Below are positions 59,873-64,000 of a stretch of 64,000 nucleotides of DNA, in pieces. Source of the stretch: Squalus acanthias (taxonomy: Eukaryota); contig CM059432.1 of NCBI GenBank assembly GCA_030390025.1, positions 78,246,001-78,310,000 of the forward strand, given 5' to 3'. The notes under the pieces are model-generated. The model made no database searches and was not told the origin of the DNA. It was given only the letters and a program-made list of their open reading frames with translations. Positions within the stretch are counted from its first letter, which is position 1. Each line of letters starts with the position of its first letter. Both the position numbers and the translations under genes were made by a program.

Positions 59873-60834
59873 AGTCTTATTGTGATAAATTATTGTTCTT
59901 TTACCAACTAGCATAAAGTCCCTCACACCCATCCCCACCTCCATCCTCAGCAAATTTTACTGACTTCCTGTGCCCCAGTGAACTAGTTTCAAGATCCTTG
60001 TCTTCATCTTTAATTCCTTCATGATCTCACCCAACCCTATCTAGAAAATGATCTCCAGCTGTTTGTTCCAGCCCTGTTTCTCAGACAGTGGCTTACTATC
60101 TGTTACCTTTCCCTCCACTTCACCATCGGAACTTGATCTTTCATCCACTCGGCCGTAGCTTCCAAAATCATTTTACCTCACTACTTTTCTCCCTGCTTTC
60201 AAAAGCCACCCAAGAAGCTTTGTCTTTGATTGTGCCTTCAGTTCTCTCTCACCATAATTCCTTCACTTCCTGTTTTAGCATCAGGATCATATTGAAGAGT
60301 CACTTTCCTCCTTGCACAAGACATTGGAAGATGGTGGGGCAGTGTGAAGAAGTTTAACATCTCTCAACCCACTAAGAATAATTTCTTATATTACAACTGG
60401 TGCATTTTCTGCTGCCGCTATAGAGGCTTTCGGGTCCAAACTCTGGGATATGCTTGTCTCCAGCTTCAACTTGGTTGGAGAACTGTTTCAGGCAACAGGG
60501 ATGGAGGGACTCTGAAGCTTTGTAGAGTCCACTATGCCATGACCACACAGATCAGTGGTCATTGGGAAAAGATGCTATCAACTGAGGGTATGCATGCAAC
60601 AGGAGATTGGCACTGCCAGCGGCAGTTCTGAGCCATCATGCAGATGCAGATCCATCAGAGTTATTTGTAGATGCAGGTAGAAGGCCTTCTGTTTCACATG
60701 CAGCTTGCCAGTTGGCTATGTAGATAGCCACCAGCACTATTCGCTCGACTTAGTAGTAGGGCACATGCACAAACAACATAGAGTCCATAGCACACAAAGG
60801 GGAAACACAGCAGCAAAACATATTAAATAGGTAA

Positions 60835-61995
60835 AAAGAAAGAAAGACTTGGATTTATATAACACCTTTCACAGAGTGCTTTACAGCAAATTAAGTGTAG
60901 TCACTGCTGTAATGTAGGAAACCTGGCAGCCAATTTGCACACAGCAAAGTCCCACAAAACAGCAATGTGATAATGACCAGATAATCTGTTTTAGGCGTTG
61001 GTTGAGGGATAATGGCCCAGAAATTCGGCCGAATATGGGAGAGTACGCACCGTGTACTCACCCGTATTCGGTCCCGAAGTGCCGGTTTCCTGCATGCACT
61101 GCGCATGCGCGGGAAACCGGCACTTCTGATATGGCGAAGGGGGCGGTTCCTAAGTGAACCACGTGCGCACTACAGGCTGTGCGCACGCAGCGCACTTAGG
61201 TTTTTTTTCAGGTTGGAACGCGAGGGTAAGTATGGAAGATTTTACACATGAGAAAAGGAGGCGTAAGACCCCCTTTTAACAAGGTAAGTAGTTAATTAAG
61301 TATTATTTTAAATTTTTTTCAACAGGTTTATCTTCTTTAGAGACTTTAAAAAAAGGTAAGTTTATTTTTATAACTTTTAAAAAGAATTAAAATTTTTTCA
61401 AAAATTTAAATTTTTGTTTAAAGTGGTTAATTTATTTAACTATAGTTATTTTATTAATGTGATGGGTTTTTAAAAAAATTTATTTGAGGTTTAGCTGTTC
61501 TTTTGGGGGCAAGTTGTATTCATAGATTTCACAGTTCTCCTGTCAAATCTATGAATGAAAGATGGTGTGCTGCCATTGGCTCTCCATGGCCCACGTGATC
61601 CCAGAGGTAGCATCGCACTAACTACGCCTCTGGGACACGCACACACTGCGCGCCAGCACCAGGGAGAGGCCCAGGAACTGAAGTTCGTGTGGGCCCGAAA
61701 CACAACGGCCGGCGCGGAGTGTGATATCGCGGGGGATCCTTACCCCCGCGGCAAGCCTCCGAGTCAAATGTCTGGGCCATAATTGACTAGTACACTGGGG
61801 AGAACTCTCCAGCTCTTCTTCAAAATAGTGCCATGGGATCTTTTACGTCTACTTGAGAGGGCAAACTGCCTTGGTTTAACATCTCAGTACTGCACTGGAA
61901 TGTCAGCCTAAATTTTTATGCTCTCTGATGTGGGGCTTGTACCCACAACCTTCTGACTCAGAAGCAAAATGCTCTACAAACTGAGCCACAGCTAA
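60835..61995 (-). mobile_element. Deu-domain SINE split by a MITE
   Basis: Deu-like core gtagtcactgctgtaatgtaggaaac...cccacaaaacagcaatgtgataatgaccagataatc resumes at 61780 with ggggagaactc...atagtgccatgggatc. Confidence 0.7.
61014..61778. mobile_element. TIR MITE (Harbinger-like)
   Basis: Ends GGCCCAGAAATT...AATGTCTGGGCC; inserted into the SINE; CpG-rich ends with an internal palindrome gtgccggtttcc...ggaaaccggcac. Confidence 0.65.
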
Positions 61996-62510
61996 CACAG
62001 CACATTGTTATCACTGCACAACTAGACAACATTATCATCTGGGAGATGAGACCCTCACACATCTATCTCCCTGCCTGCAGCAGCTGGTCTGCTACTGGTC
62101 TTGCTGAGGTGTATGTGGCAGTGTTTGGTGACAATATAAGGCTTCAGCTACGTACTTAATAGAACCTCACGTGGCAAAATGACTGATCCTAAAATGTCCC
62201 TTTTGAGTGCCTGGAATGTTCCTGTGGCATAAAAGTTGACAGCATGGGTGACTTTCAATGTCATTGGCAGTGAGCTGCAGATGGTTGACTATCCCTGTAG
62301 GTTACACCTCAGTCACAACCTCTCTGGTGAGCCTGAAGCACCTTATGCACTGTTCCTCCACCATGGAGGTAGGCCCACTACCAGGGGAAGTACCAGCTAT
62401 GAGCTGTGTACCTTCTATGTCTTTTCCCCTCTTCATCCTCCTCCTGTTTTGCTCTAATATATTCACAAGTCATTCATAGTAGGCATTAGAACTCACTTTA
62501 TTAACACAAT

Positions 62511-63548
62511 GGCCGGAATTTTAATTTGGGGCGAGAAAGCGGTCAGGAAACCCGGGAGAACGGATTTCCCACAGGCCCTGCCGAATTTAATGGCGGGGCC
62601 TGATTAGCATTTCAAAGCTGTTTCCCACCCGCAGCCAGCCAGATGGAGAGGCTGGCTGGCTGTCGGGCAGGTAGGCCTGCAGTACCAGGCTACAGAGAGG
62701 AGGGAGGGAGGGATCGGGGGGTGATCGGAGGCCTGAGACGGATTGGGGCTGGAGGGGGGAGGCCTTGAGGAGGAATGGAGCCGGAGGTGGGGAGGCCGGA
62801 GGAGGATCGGGACCAGAGTGGGGAGGCTAGGAAAGCAATCGAGGGCCGGAGGGGGGAGGTCGGAAAGCCAGGAAGGTGATCAGAGGCCGAAGGGGGGAGG
62901 TCAAAAGGCCGGGAAGGCAGTCGCGGGCCAGAAAGGGAGGTCAAAAGGCCGGGAAGGTGGTCGGGGGCCGGAGGGGGAGGTCGGAAGGCCAGGAAGGCGA
63001 TTGGAGGCCGGAGGGGTGAGGTTGGAAGGCTGGAGGGGGTTTGAGGGCTGGAGGGGTGGTCGGGGTCCAGAAGGGGATCAGAGGTCAGAGGCCTCATGGG
63101 GGAGATCGGAGACCTTGGACGGCGGGGGGGGGGGGGGGGAATCGGAGGACTCGGGGGGAGATCGGAGGCCTCGAGTGGCGGAGATTGGAAGGGTAGGAAG
63201 ATGTCAGATCACGGGGGGCTAGTGAGGCAGGAACGCTGGATCCCACAGGTAAGTGGAAAGGCACTTACCTCCTAGATCCAGCAGTCCTCGCCTCCCTTTA
63301 GCTGCCAGGTTCCCCGAGGCCTGGGAAACCCGGCTGCTCACAGTTAAATTTGAAATGGTGGTTCACCATGAGGCATGGAGCCTCATTCTAATATTTAAAT
63401 GGGCGACCCCCCTCCTGGGAGCGGGTTGGCGGTCCGTCCCCCCATCCTGCCTCCATTAAAACCGGAAGTGGGCGGGTTGGAAGTTTTTTAATTCTGTAAC
63501 CTCCCATCCGACACCAACTCACCTGTTTTTTGAGTTAAAATTCCCCCC
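62511..63548. mobile_element. Harbinger-like MITE with a G-rich low-complexity core
   Basis: Ends GGCCGGAATTTTAA...TTAAAATTCCCCCC with 3-bp TSD AAT; degenerate G-rich repeats at 62700-63200. Confidence 0.65.
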
Positions 63549-63691
63549 AATGTATTGATTTACATCATGATTTTTGACTTTGCCTCTTCTGCACTTTTAC
63601 TTTGTGTAGAGGCAACAACATGTTCAGGGAGTGGATACAGATCCGTAAGTCAAAGTGTGAAGCTATTTCTTCTCTATATTGCTAGCAGTTT

Positions 63692-64000
63692 CAACAACAA
63701 CAACAACTTGTATTTATATAGTGCCTTTAACACACTAAAACGTCCCAAGGTGCTTCACAGGAAAATATAAAACAAAATTTGACACCGAGCCACACAAGGA
63801 GTTATTAGGGCAGATGGCCAAAAGCTTGGTCAAAGAGGTAGGTTTGAAGAAGCGTCTTAAAGGAGGAAAGAGAGTTAGAGAGGCGGAGAGCTTATGGGGA
63901 GATTAATTCCAGAGCTTAGGGCCTAGGCAGCTGAAGGCACGGCCACTAATGGTTGAGTGATTAAAATCAGGGATGCTCAAGAGGCTGGGTTTTGAGGAGT
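63692..64000 (-). mobile_element. L2 LINE 3' end (continues past the window)
   Basis: (caa)n tail and 3'UTR homologous to 30872-31160. Confidence 0.85.

Noticed and set aside
62690..63222. Pro-rich and Gly/Arg-rich ORFs
   Set aside because: They translate low-complexity G-rich repeats inside a MITE.

Overview
This is vertebrate genomic DNA; the repeat landscape (CR1/L2 LINEs, Deu-domain and V-SINE-type SINEs, Penelope pLTRs) suggests a shark or ray. It is not prokaryotic and most ORF-track entries are spurious or transposon debris. Two host genes lie on the + strand. The first is the last two coding exons of a cysteine-string-protein gene most like DNAJC5B (1676-1847, 15046-15140). The second is the first two coding exons of a MuRF-family RING E3 ligase most like TRIM55 (44247-44411, 58058-58230). 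Between them are two identical variant tRNA-Arg(ACG) genes, a 40-bp minisatellite and an intron-containing tRNA-Tyr(GTA). Highlights among the mobile elements: (1) a ~1-kb near-perfect palindrome made of two inverted Penelope-like pLTRs, each with a minimal hammerhead ribozyme, in TRIM55 intron 1; (2) directly beside it, a young CsRn1-clade Gypsy LTR element with LTRs, TSD, tRNA-Trp PBS and PPT; (3) a non-autonomous Harbinger-like transposon carrying a spliced Myb/SANT gene, plus related MITEs; (4) a LINE with a tRNA-like Pol III head, whose internal-deletion derivative occurs nearby as a SINE flanked by an unusually long duplication. All family names and orthology come from my recall of motifs, not from database searches.
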